DNA of 64,000 bases. It comes from Flaccisagitta enflata. Taxonomy: Eukaryota. The stretch spans positions 3,348,001 through 3,412,000 of the forward strand of contig OZ231126.1 of NCBI GenBank assembly GCA_965153355.1, given 5' to 3'. Position 1 is the stretch's first letter. Each line of letters opens with the position of its first letter. Under the pieces are notes generated by a model. That model did not search any database. It had not been told where the DNA came from and saw only the letters and a program-made list of their open reading frames with translations. Below, in pieces: positions 27,555 to 40,247 of this stretch. A program made the position numbers and the translations under genes.

Positions 27555-30003
27555 AAAACCCCATAAACGCCGAAAAAGTAGTATGACGGATGGACAGACA
27601 GACCGAGGGACAGAGGGATGGACCAACGGACAGACAGACGGACGAACCAACAAAGCAACTAAAAAATAAAGCATGAACATCAAACAAACAGGGGTGTATA
27701 TAGTTGAGCGGCTTTTGATTTTATTCCCCCCCCCCTGCCTTTGATTTTCTTCCCCGCAACGTGTCGCGTCACTTTACAAAATCTTTGATTTTCTTCCCCA
27801 CAAAGCTATAAAACAGTATATTTAAGGTTTAAATAATGTTAAATTGTGTTGTAGTAATTGTATGTTACCTTTTGGTACTACCAAAAGTGTTAGATCTTCA
27901 AAAAAAATTTTTTTTCTTTTTTTCAATCTTTTGATTTTCTTCCCCATCTCCAAACCCTTTCATTTCATTCCCCCCCCACCGGGGGGGGGAATACTCAACT
28001 TTATACACCCCTGCAAACGAATTCTCTGAAGCGGATATGTAATTAAATGGTTCTGTTGGTGTGATTGTTCTTTATGCTTTATGGGCAGCGGCCCCAAAGG
28101 GGTCAATGACCTATGCTTTCATGCATAGGGGACATTTCTCCTCCTTCTCTTTCTCCTTCTCCTCCTCTGTCCATTCGCCCCCCTTCCCAATCCAAATCCC
28201 AGCCTTGAGGCTCAAATCTCAGCCACCCAGCCCTAATCCCAGCCTAGAGGCCCAAATCCAGGCCTAGAGGCCTAAATCCCAGCTTCGAGGCCCAAGTCAC
28301 AGCCTTGAGGCTCAAATCTCAGCCTTGACGCCCAATTCCCAGCTTTGTGGCCCAAATCCCAGTCACGGCCTTTATCCCAACCTTAAGGCCCAAATCCCAG
28401 CCTCGAGGGCCATATCCCAGCCTGAGGCCCAAATCCCAGCCTGAAGCCCAAATTCCTGCCTCGAGACCCGAATTCCAGCCTTGAGGCCCTTTAGGCTAGG
28501 ATTTGGGCCTCAAGGCTAGGATTTGAGTCAGGGAGCGAGGGGACAAACATAGGAGAAGGAGAAGGAGAAGAGTGAAGAGAAATATTCCTTATGTGTGAAA
28601 GCATAGGTCATTGGCCCTTTTGGGGCCGCGGCCCAGCTGCCTCCCTCAATTTCTAGCTCAACCAACTTAGACAGGGCACAGGTACCGCTAAACCATCTTA
28701 GGCTTTTGCGACTATTTTGCCTTTTTGTGTGCCATGTTGAGTCCAGGTTTGTTCTCCACAAAATCTGTCAATTTGCCACTGATGTTACCTCAAGTTCCCC
28801 AATCGACTGTTACTTCTCCAACGAGCGATTGACAGACTGCGTCTGTAATCACATAGGACATTTTAAGTCTTTTTTAGTCATTAATAGTTATTCTAAGTCA
28901 TTTTAAGTCATTCTAAGTCATTTTAAGTCATTCTAAGTCATGTTAAGTCATTCCTAGTCATTTTAATTTATTTTAGTCCTTTTTGGTCATTAGGTTTTTT
29001 AGTCATTTTAAGTCCTTTTTGGTCATTTTAAGTCATTCTAAGTCATTCTAAGTCATTCTAAGTCATTCTAAGTCATTCTTAGCCTGTAAGTCTCGCAGGC
29101 GACTTATAGGTGTTGGCCTTGTTTACTCAAACTGATGCCATTTCAAAATGAAAAAAAGATAGCAATACCAGATTGGTCCAAATGAAAATATTTTCAAAGG
29201 GCTTCAAAATGGTCTAACATTTCGTTTAGATTTTTAAAGATTTATTGGTTCAATAAACCATTTAAAAGTGCGTCTTTTTTTATTCGCGTGGTATAGGAGG
29301 CTTTGTCTGTTGGTCTATCGGTTAGTCCATTCATATTGAAAAAGTAGAAAAATGATTGCTCTAGATGTGTGTGTGGAGCTAGGGGTTTCAGTGTGGATGG
29401 GGGTTGAACGCCCCTGCCCACCCATGCATGGAGATATTGTAACTGCGCATTACATTAGAAAATTAGCTCAAGTTGAGGTCTTTAGCTCAATTTGTTTAGG
29501 AGATATTACATCACAATGTTGTGAGGGTTTTTGCCATTTTCTCTGAAAATGACATCAACTTTGTAAGACTTGCTCCTAAACGATTCAAGCTACAAATCTC
29601 AACTTGGGCTCATTTCAAAGAGCTGTGTCTGCTCTTTAAAATGAGCCCAAATTAAGGTCATTTGTCAATTTGTTAAGGAGATATGAGTCGTTGAAGCAAC
29701 CTTTTGAAAAATGGAAGAAAATAGGCAATCACCACTTTACCCCTCCTCCTCATCCTACTCCGCATCGTTTTCATCGGATAGATGAGTCGTGAAACTTGAG
29801 AAATATACTCAGTAATAGTGATGTGATACCCCCTTAAATGCCGTTGTGAGCAAGGTGATTGAGTCATGTATGACCACTCTATTCACTACTGGCAGAGAGA
29901 GTTGGCAGCTCTCAAGATGAACGTTTCTTTTAGATATTTGCGAATAAACGCAAACAGGACACACACACACCGAGACAGACACGAACACAATAATGTGGAG
30001 GCC

Positions 30004-30102
<99 letters not shown>

Positions 30103-30942
30103 ATACAGATAGATGGAGATAGACACATACAGACAGACAGATAGACAAACGGACAGATATAGACAGACATACCGACAGATATGATGACAAAAAGGTACAG
30201 TCAAGATAGTGTCATGAATATCACCAATGAAAATTCCAAGCATATCCTCCTTAGAGACAGCAGAAGCAGTCGACGAGACTTTCCAGCGGTTTCAAAGATG
30301 GGATTTCAATAGAATTTATGTTTGCTGCTTCAATTTGCCTGGTCACATGATTTTCTCGAGCAATTAATCAGCTCTAACTAGCAAAATTATGAAGGTGAAT
30401 CCAAAAAAAATTACGCCGGAAACTAGGATTTCCTCACTATTACAAAAGTGTCATGCAATCAATTTTTTGCCTTCAGACTAATTTGCCAACGGGTGTTTGA
30501 TGTTCCTCACATGCCGTGGGACCGTTCTTGACCAGTCCGGGGTCTGCACACTCAAAATTGTATTTGTCCGTCGATCGTTTCACCGTGCCTGCCTAACAGC
30601 TCGGTTTGTCCATTTCTTCACTGCCCCTGCCCACCCGCACGCAAATTGTGTCACGGTATGGCCTTGTTAGTCTCTGACACGCAACTCTTTAAGAAGCTTG
30701 TCTGTCTGTTGGTCTGTTGATCCATTTGTCCGTGATGATTGAGTCAAATCGTGTGAAAATGCATGATGCAGCAATTATGATTGTCAATGTTTGTGTGTGA
30801 GTGATTCATTCATTCAATCATTCGCGATGTTCATTCTGATGTACTAAGTTAGGGAGCCGTATGTATTCATCGTAACTCGGCCTTTTCTCACTTTCGCTCA
30901 CTTTCTCATTTTCATGTTCACTCGCATTTTCTGACTTTTGCA

Positions 30943-31031
<89 letters not shown>

Positions 31032-31048
31032 TGTGTCTGTGTGTGTGT

Positions 31049-31124
<76 letters not shown>

Positions 31125-31603
31125 CATTAGAGGCCAGAGGCTCCGTCCATCCGTTGGTCCGTGACGCTTAATCGCACGTGATTAGTTTTGGTCATGTACC
31201 ATACTGGTTTCTTCATTGCATTCATGTTAATAAGATCTCACTTGGAATGTGACGCTTTAGTTAAAGATTGGAAAGATGGGATCTTTAGATTTGACCATTA
31301 GTTAAAAACTTCTCTCGTTGATCAGCACATAACAAAATTTTGCTCCGAGATTAAAAAGAAAACAAAAATTCAAAATAGCCTTTTCTGCTGCTAAAACAAT
31401 TCATGACAAACTCGAAACGGAAGAATACGTAAAGAGACATCACTTTTGATACTTTATTTGGAAAAAATGTCTGCCCGCACGTACTTGGCGTTTTTACGTT
31501 GTTTAACCGTCTTATTGACCATGGGACACTGTGATGAAGCAAGAACGACGCTCAGCATGCTTTAACAAGTGAGAAAAAATATGTGGATATGATGTATCAA
31601 AAA

Positions 31604-31635
31604 ATTCCGGTAATTTAGCCAACGTTCCCTTAGTG
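31604..31635 (-). repeat. Right TIR of the Transib element (followed by TSD CAGGT)
   Basis: Reverse complement begins CACTAAG; 28/32 identity to the left TIR. Confidence 0.88.
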
Positions 31636-31640
31636 CAGGT

Positions 31641-32062
31641 CTAAGAGGTAATTGAGGCGGGGTTTGAGGTCTGGGGCGAAGATTTATGCCTGAAGATTAG
31701 ATTTGAGGTCTGGGGGCAGGCTTTAGGCCTTGGGGGCAGATTTGAGGCCTGGAGGGCTGATTTGAGGCCTGGAATGCTGATTTGAGGTCAGGAGAGCGGA
31801 TTTGAGGCCTTGAGAGCTGATTTGAGGCCTTGAGAGTTGATTTAAGGCCTGGAGAGCTGATTTGAGGCCCAGAGAGCTGATTTTAGGCCTGGAGGGCTAA
31901 TTTTAGGGCTTAGAGGGCCTAAATCAGGCCTGAGAGTGAGGATATGAGGCCTTGATGGCCAACCGGGGGGGGACGGACGGAAGGACGGACGGACGGACGG
32001 ACGTATGGAAATTTCCCCCTGTGTCCTACAGGACATCGGCCCTTTGGGGCCGCTGCCCAAAA
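31641..32062 (+). repeat. 3' half of the host repeat interrupted by the Transib element
   Basis: 21-bp TTTGAGGCCTGGAGRGCTGA-type units, GGAC microsatellite, and a terminal arm matching the end of the uninterrupted relative at ~62260-62328. Confidence 0.8.
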
Positions 32063-33481
32063 AGGATAACAAACAATCACAGAAAGAGACATACGAGCAT
32101 GGATGTAGGAGAAGGGGCTTCAGGGCCAGTCGGACTCATTTCTCGCAGGAAAAACAATACCAACAGGCCAACAGTCATATGCTCCATTTTACAATTACGC
32201 ATACAATTACATGCATACTTCCTCCTGCCCTCCTTTCCTTCCACCCATCATCCTTCCTTCCTTCCTTCCTTCCTTAATTCTTCCCTCCCTGCCTCCTTTC
32301 GAGCTTTCCTCCCTTTAGAAACAACACAATACTCAAATAAGTCACAATTCCATGGCCGGGCTGTCGTTCTAAAGGTCGTTCATAAAGTCGTTCTAAAGGT
32401 ATTTTTAAAAAGCAGTTTTGTGGGGCTCACAAAATGAACATATGTGTGGCAAGACTAATCTGCAATGATGCCTAAACGGAATTCTTAGTTACGGCTTTGG
32501 CGCGTTATTTGTGCCTGATTATTGACTTTTCTCTCAAAATTTGCAAGAAAGATTGACAATTGATATTTCCTCTCTTCTTTTTTGAACTAACATCATTCAT
32601 AGCCGCGTCACTTGTTCTTGTGGATACACAGAGGATCATAGGATGTCAAGCGTATGACACGGAGAGACGCGTCGCTCGGGTCCTGAACTTGGAACCAGGC
32701 ACAGGGTTGAAATGAGTTTTGCAAATCAGTTTTTATGATTTGGTACCGTCAACAGTTACAACGGTTACCCCAAATTTTGTTTTTTTCTCTTTTCTCCCCC
32801 TTTGATTTTCTTCCCCAACTCCAAACGCTTTGATTTAAATACAAACCCGTGTCTTATCATCCACTGCAACGATGTCTTCAAATATATAGCCCAGACTGGC
32901 ACGAAGAATGCAGACTCCGCTGTCCGTAAGAGAAGTTCCAAACCGCTGGCTTCCGGACATGGCTTGGTAACGCTTGGGCTCCATGACCACATAAAATAGT
33001 CCCAGGATCGCATCCACTCCTGGGCACCTCTTTCCGAGCGTGAGGACAGCTGCGAGCCGCTTCAATGGGTCCGCCCACCCCTATTTAAACCTTAACAACA
33101 CTGTTTTATTGCTTCATGGGAAAGAAAATCATAGATTTTAGAATGCGTCATGACGCGTCGCGGGGAAGAAAATCAGAGACGGGGGGGGGGGAGGAAAGGA
33201 GGAGTCAAAAGCGACTCAATCATATACACCCCTGATAAGACAGGAACATTATCCCTACATTCTCCTTATCATTAGCGAGGTTGAATGTACAAACCGGTTT
33301 TATGAAAAAAAGTCGTCACACTGGCTCACAAGATTGAAAGCAAAAGCTGTTATGACTGAGTCTATCATCCAAGAGAACTTTGACAAGAACTGTTGCTCAG
33401 CCTAAGGTTTTATCAACCAGGATTTGCGTTGAGGGTAATGGTTCCAAACACTGCATTAAACGTCTTAAAGAATATCTATCC

Positions 33482-34155
33482 CAGGGCCGTGGAGAGGGGG
33501 GTCCACCCCCCTCTGAGAAGGGGGGCCCGGGCCCTGGGGGGGCCCAAGGGGGCCCTGAGGTAGAAGAAATAGAAAGAAAAAAAAAAACAAAACAAAAAGA
33601 AAGAAAAAAAAGTAAATAGAAATTAGTAAAAAATAAAATGAAGAAAAAAAAGTAAAAGGGGAAAAAGTTGAGTGATTTTGATCCAATTTAGCTTAAATCA
33701 TGTTTGGCCCTTGTTTGACTTTAATGTCAAGTGAGGGCCTCTTTAGATCAAATCAGATATGCTCATTGATATCTCAAATACTATTCATTTTAAAGATAAA
33801 ATATAATTTACTTTTTTAGGGGCCGATAAACAATTTCTAATAACATTATCTAAAACTGTTATAAGAAATCTGGCAAAGATGTTTCACTGATTTTTTTTGT
33901 TTCATAAAGAGAAAAAAAAGAGAAATTTCAGCATAGACGAATGCCAGGTTGTGTGTTCTGGAGGCAAAAATTAGGATATTTTTCAATGGGTTGACAAAAA
34001 ATTGACAATAAAGAGTGATGATGGGGGGGGTAAAAGGGGAGGGGGAGGGGGGCTCGGCCATATGGGCCAGAGGGGGGGCCCGGCCATATAGGCCAGAGGG
34101 GGGGCCCGGCCATATGGGCCAGAGGGGGGGCCCGCCATTTCTCTCCACGGCCCTG
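33482..34155. mobile_element. hAT-type MITE
   Basis: Perfect 15-bp TIR CAGGGCCGTGGAGAG and 8-bp TSD ATCTATCC (33474-33481, 34156-34163); GC-rich subterminal repeats. Confidence 0.9.
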
Positions 34156-34221
34156 ATCTATCCTACTCCTAGCCGTCATATCAATCTCGATACATAACCC
34201 AAATTCATAAGCGACTCAACG

Positions 34222-36149
34222 ATGGACAAGCTTTCAAACGCTGAATGGGCAGAAAAAGAAGGAAACAGTTACGAATTTACCACGTTTCTCGCAAAGAAAG
34301 CAAATGACAATGACAACGACCGCTCCAAACTTACTGGATACTCAGACAGTGCCAAAACTACAAATGACAAGGACATCGACGGCTCTGAAGTTACTGAAAA
34401 CAAAGACGGCGTTAAACCAGCAAATGTCCACCGAGAGGACGTCAAGAGTAAAACCCGTAAAACTTTCCTCCGCATTTTTCTGACGAGGGTAACAACATTT
34501 TCTGACTCGAACATATTTTTCTTCATTTCGATCTTCTTCGCAATTTGTTTGTACCTCGCTGACGTAATCTCAGACTTAAAACTGGCGACGCGGTATTTTC
34601 TCGACGGACATTACGGATGGGGTGGTTGCACCTCCGCCTTTATCATCTTACCGTGGATGACTTAGGGGGCGTTTCTAGTCAAAGACGATCGCGTTTTGAA
34701 CGGGCCACTCGGTCGCTCGCTACGTTCGTTCGCTCGCACCGCTCACTCCGCTCACTCGCTCCGCAGCGCTCCGCTTCGCTACGCTCGCTTCGCTCGCTCG
34801 CTCCGTTCACGGGCTCGCTCACTCACTTCGCTCACTCCCTCGTGGGACGGTTAAAATTCTTGAATATGTGTTCACGCTGTTATCGCGTTTCACGGGAACA
34901 AACGCGTTTTTTGTCTTCACTAGAAACACGCCCTTATATCGTTTATGGAATAGTCGCCACGGAATCGGAAGTGGATCCGCGAATTTTCGCCTTCTGCTCG
35001 TTGGAGCTCTTTTCCATTTGTATCCAGTCGCTTGGCGCGTCGTAGCCGCTGGGAGAAGCTAGAAGATGGAACGGGAAAAAAGAGATCGCGAGATTCGACC
35101 AACGTTACGCCAATTTTCTTTGTCTCTTCGAAGTGGCGTTGGAGGCCTTCCCTCAAGCTTCCTTACAACTCTACATCGTCGCTCGATCCAATCGATTGGA
35201 CGCGCTGGTGATTTTTTCCATTTTCTCCTCCATTTACTCGATCGTGAATGGGATGAGTAAAGCCGGATGGAGTTACGTGGAGGGGGAGAAGAGAAGAAAC
35301 CACGGGATTTACACTTCGGTCATTTTCCTTCCTTGGTTGTTTTTGCACTTTGTTTCGTTCATTCCCCCACTCGCATTCTTCGCCGCCCTGAAAAGCCACG
35401 CCCATCCCGCGTTGCTCAGCCTCATCGTCTACTTTTTGCTCCATCTCATTCTCTCCGTCCTTTTCACATTCGTTTATCCCGTCAATGGCGTGAAACGCTT
35501 CAATTTCCGTTATCTCGGAGACGCCATCAGAGGCGTCTTTCCCCCGCGACATCATCCTATCTTTCGCGTTCTTTCTTTTCCCCTTCAACTCATCTTCGCT
35601 TTCGCGTCTTTTTGGATTTCCACGATTTGGATCGTCTCTTTGGTGCCTTTTCTCGACGAATCATTGACGGAAATACTTCCGTCGTTCGTTTGGCCGGAAA
35701 CGTCGCCGATCTTCCGCGAGTGGCTCGTCAACGACGCGAAAACGATGTCAGCAGAAACGTGGGCTGTATGTCATAAGTCGTCGTCGTCGCTGTCGTCAGC
35801 GTCTTCGTTATCCTCGTCATCGTCACCGTCGTCATCTATTCCTTCCATTCTCACTACCACCATTGGAACATCCACTCGAGAATTCGAACACAGCTCACTA
35901 AATTCGATCACCGAAGGCGAATCTGTCAACGACTCTTTTTGGTCCACTGGATGTTGTTTGACCGACGGAGCCGCGCAGCTGTACATCGTTTTCAACGTCA
36001 TGAATTGCATCCTTCTTGTTTATCATTTCGTTCTTATCGCTTTGTGGCCCCAAATATGGCAAAGGATCAAGATGAAAGCCACTCCTCATGACGATTCACA
36101 AGATGAACCCCAGAATACAACTCTGAGCCATACCACATCGATGGCGTAA
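34222..36149 (+). pseudogene. Intronless XK-related (Xkr/CED-8 family) multi-pass membrane protein gene, disrupted
   Basis: N-terminal YLADVISDLKLATRYF..G..GWG..T..FIILPW and downstream LFEVALEAFPQASLQLYI are XK-family motifs. A MITE at 34665-34933 creates a stop, and after removing it an in-frame TAG remains at 35043-35045. Confidence 0.78.
34665..34933. mobile_element. PIF/Harbinger (Tourist-like) MITE inserted in the XK coding region
   Basis: GGGGGCGTTTCTAGT / GGGCGTGTTTCTAGT inverted ends, TTA TSD, internal CGCT-rich repeats. Excision restores the reading PWMTYIVYG. Confidence 0.8.
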
Positions 36150-36929
36150 TTTTAAGGAGTGTAAAAGTATAACAATAATCTGTTTTGCCTGCCGCGATAA
36201 TCATCAGTGTCTCTCACATGTAGAAAACTTTTTGTTAACGAAAACTTATCTTGCTTAAAAGTCTTCAGTCGACTCCACGTCAAGACAATCATCTTATCAT
36301 TTCAAAAACCATCTTGGTCAAAAATATCGTCTCAGTAAAACAATACACTTATTTGTTGCTATTATGTTTTGTAATAAATTCAATTTTTCTATAGAAATGT
36401 TTAGTCTAGGCTTTTTTGGTACTAAATATCATTTGTAATCATGTGGGTAGACATAGATGAAGGATTTTTGAACCATTTTTTACAACAAGTTCTTCAATTT
36501 TTATAAAAAAATTTTTCTTACCACTTTCAAACCAAGGTACATTCATTTTTTAAAAAAATCTTAACAGTTTGAGCTAAAAAAATCTGCTTGGCGGCATTAG
36601 GCAGATTTTTTGAAGCTCTTTCTAATGGTCACCAATTTTTATATGATTTTTTCATGATAAGCTCAAGAAAAGCAAAAAAAGAACTTTTTTACTCTTTTGA
36701 CTCTAAAATCTAAACGAATTGAGCTACTGAACTCTGCTTGGTGGCATTTTGAAGATTTTTTCAAGCTCTTTCCAATGGTCACTGATTTCATTATGATTTT
36801 TTAAGTAGTTTTATCACAAATTAGCCTTAAAGGCGAGACGATATTTTTGACCAAGATGGTATAAACAAGGCCAAGAGATGTCCAACAGACGCGTCCTCTT
36901 TAGATGTAGGATATTGAGATATAAAGATA

Positions 36930-37472
36930 CCGGGTGGACTTAAAAAAAGTAGCTCTGTATGGGAATAAAAGAAAAACTGTTTATAACTGCTTATTATGTG
37001 AATATTTGAAATGATGAATCTCTGAATTTGTACATACGATCAAAATATACAAATTCAAATTATGTATGATAAACCAAAATATTTTTTTTCTGAGTACTAT
37101 TGCTTGTTTTTAACTAAAAACAATACATGATTATTATTAGTGTTTTAGGTATGCATTTAGTTTTTCACATAAAAAGTTTTGGTTTTATGGTTTCCCAAGA
37201 CCCACTTTTATTCAACTATCTTCATTCAAAAGTAAATTCTGTTAAAATCATTGATTTTTAATCAAATTTAAGCAAAATTCTTTAAGTGGTACGTAATTCA
37301 ATTTAGTTTTTTAAAAATAAAATGAAAAATATTGATCCTGCTAAAAAATGTGCATAATGGAATATGTGGGTGACGATCATATCTAGATAGCTAAAAAAAA
37401 TTTTTTTACTTAGGAGAAATTTTAAAAATAATACTAAAAAAATTAAAAGATACCTTTTTAAAGACCACCCGT
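36930..37472. mobile_element. Tc1/mariner-like MITE
   Basis: CCGGGTGGACTTAAAAAAAGTA vs inverted ACGGGTGGTCTTTAAAAAGGTA, with TA flanks. Confidence 0.55.
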
Positions 37473-38079
37473 TACTAGGATAAAGATGTTAAGATATAAC
37501 GATATTAGGAATCCCAACGCCCCCACACCCTCTCATACTAATGCAAGGACACATCTAAACATATGAAGAGACATGAAGACATAAGGAGTAGGCTGGACTC
37601 ATTTAAGGCTTTGGAAAAAAAATTGTCTCAAAGCAATTTTCTTGATCCATTTGCATATTTAGAGGCCTACCATACAACTCAAAAAAAAAAAGACGCACTT
37701 TTGAATGACCTATTTTGTCCATGAATGATAAAAAAACTTATAAAAATCATAGATCATTTGAAAGCCCTTCAAAAGTACTTTCATTTGGCGCCAATCTGGT
37801 ATTGCTACCCTTTTTTGTTAAGAAATGGCATAGGTTTAAGTGAAAACATTGCCTATTTCAATTTTGCAATCCCTATGTAAAAATGCATTTTAGCAAATAA
37901 GTGCTTCTCTTTGCAGAGCTCTAGCTTCCAGACAGTTTGAGATACAAACCTGGGATTGGTCTAGATTGAAATATAATTTGAAAATCTTTCAAAATATCTG
38001 TTTTGAAAATAGTTAAAATTAATTTTCATATCTATTTCATCAATTAACAAACAGGTGCGTCTTTTTTTTATCCACGTGG

Positions 38080-38240
38080 TATCTACTTGCAAAATTAGTT
38101 TGGACTTGATCTTGTCAGAACGTCATCAATGCTGTAGTTGTATAGTTGTGAAAGAAATTTCTCCCATAATAGTTCTATACAACTGCAGCATTGATGACGT
38201 TCTGACTAGATCAAGTCCAAATTGCTTTTGCTTGTAGATA
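38080..38240. repeat. Long near-perfect inverted repeat (66-bp arms, 29-nt loop)
   Basis: 38080-38145 pairs with 38175-38240. Confidence 0.85.
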
Positions 38241-39050
38241 GGCCTCTGATTATTCATGTGGAACATGAAAATTGCATGGAGATAATTTCTAGTCGCGGAC
38301 ACGCGACTCTACACCTTGCTGTGTCGGTCGGTAGGTCGGTCGGTATGTCACATTTTTTAATTCCGAGTTGTCTTCACATTAATGCTCCTGCCCAACCGTC
38401 CGCGACTAGATTGCGGTGTATCGGCCTTGTTCACACTTATGGGGATTTTCTCCTTCTCCTCCTCCTCCACCTCCTCCGTCCCTCCCCCTCAAATCCCAGT
38501 CTGGAGGCCTAAATTCCAGTCTCAAGCCCCAAATCCCAGTCTCACGGCCCAAATCCCTGCCTTGAAGCCCAAATCCTAGCCTCAAGGCCCAAATCCTAGC
38601 CTGGAGGTTGAGATTTGGGCCTCAAGGCTGGGATCTGAGATCTGGGCTTGAGTTTGGACCTTGAGGCTGAGATTTGGGCCTCAAGGCTGGGATTTAGGCC
38701 CCCAGGCTAGGATTTGGGTCTTAAGGCTAGGATTTGGGCCTCAAGGCTGGGATTTGGGCCTTGAGACTGGGATTTGGGGCTCGAGACTGGAATTTAGGCC
38801 TCCAGACTGAGATTTGAGGGGGGGACGAAGGAGGAGAAGGAGGAGAAGGAGAAAATCCCCCATATGTGTGAAAGCATATGTCATCGACCCCTTCGGGGCC
38901 GCTGCCCAAAAAAAGGAAATAAACAAACACATACACACACAAACACAGACACAGACACAGACACAGACACACTGAGACAGCACTGAGACAGCACTGAGAC
39001 ACCAAAAAATCTGAGATAAAAGGTGAGCTAAAGGGGAAAAAATATATTTG

Positions 39051-39147
<97 letters not shown>

Positions 39148-40247
39148 ACATGATATTATCAAGAAGGTGAGAAATACAAAAATGCAAAAATAATTTGAAG
39201 AATGAAAGATTAAAAGAATGTCATAGAAGCAAAAATATCCTAAAAAGCTAAGTCGGGTCTGAAGGCAAAACCAAATTTCGGGTTTGGCCTCAAAACCGAG
39301 CCTCGGCCTTCTCACGGCCAAACCCGCAAGGCCTTACTCGTAACGTTGTTGGTTTCATGAACCTAAAGCAAACAAACTGAAGCAAGTTATCATGAGTTGG
39401 TCGATGTAACTTCCGCTGTACGGCACCGTATAGCGGCTATATTTGGGCTGGCGTCATATATGTTCACAGCTCAAGAATAGATTCAAAACATCAATTGGGG
39501 CCTGTGCCCTGTGTTCTACAGGTCTTCGTCCCCTTCAGGGCCGCTGCCCAAAAAGTCGCAAAAGCGTTAAATGGTCAGCAGTACCCACGCCCGTCCTTAG
39601 TAGGTTGTGGTTGAAGTTGAGAGAGGGAGCAGGACAGCGGCCCCGAAGCGGTTGATGACCTATGTTTTCACACATATGGGGAATTTTCTCCTTCTTCTTC
39701 TCCTGGCTGGGATTTGGGCCTCGAGGCTGGGATTTAGGCCTCAAGGCAGGGATTTAGGCCTCGAGACTAGGACTTGAGCCTTGAAGCTGGGATTTGGGCT
39801 TTGAGGCTGGTATATGGGCCTCAAGGTCAGAATTTGGGCCTCAAGGGGGGTGTTTGGGTCTCTGGGCAGGGATTTAGGCCTCAAGGCTGGAATTTAGGCC
39901 GCAAGGCTGGGATTTGGGCCTCGAGGCTGGGATTTGGGCCTCGAGGCTGGGATTTGGGCCTGAAGGCTGGGACTTGGGCCTTAAGGTTGGAATTTGGGCC
40001 CCAAGGCTGGGATTTGGGCCTCAAGGACGGGATTTGGGCCTCATGTGATAGAACTTGAGCCTCAAGGCTGGGAGTTGGGTCTCGAGGCTGGGATCTGGGC
40101 TTCAAGACTCGGATTATGGCCTTGAGGCTAGGATTTGAGTCAAGAGGGGGGACGGACAGAGGAGAAGAAAAAGAAGAAGAAGGAGAAAATTCCCCATATG
40201 TGTGAAAGCATAGGTCATCGACCCCTTCAGGCTCGCTGCCCAATAGT

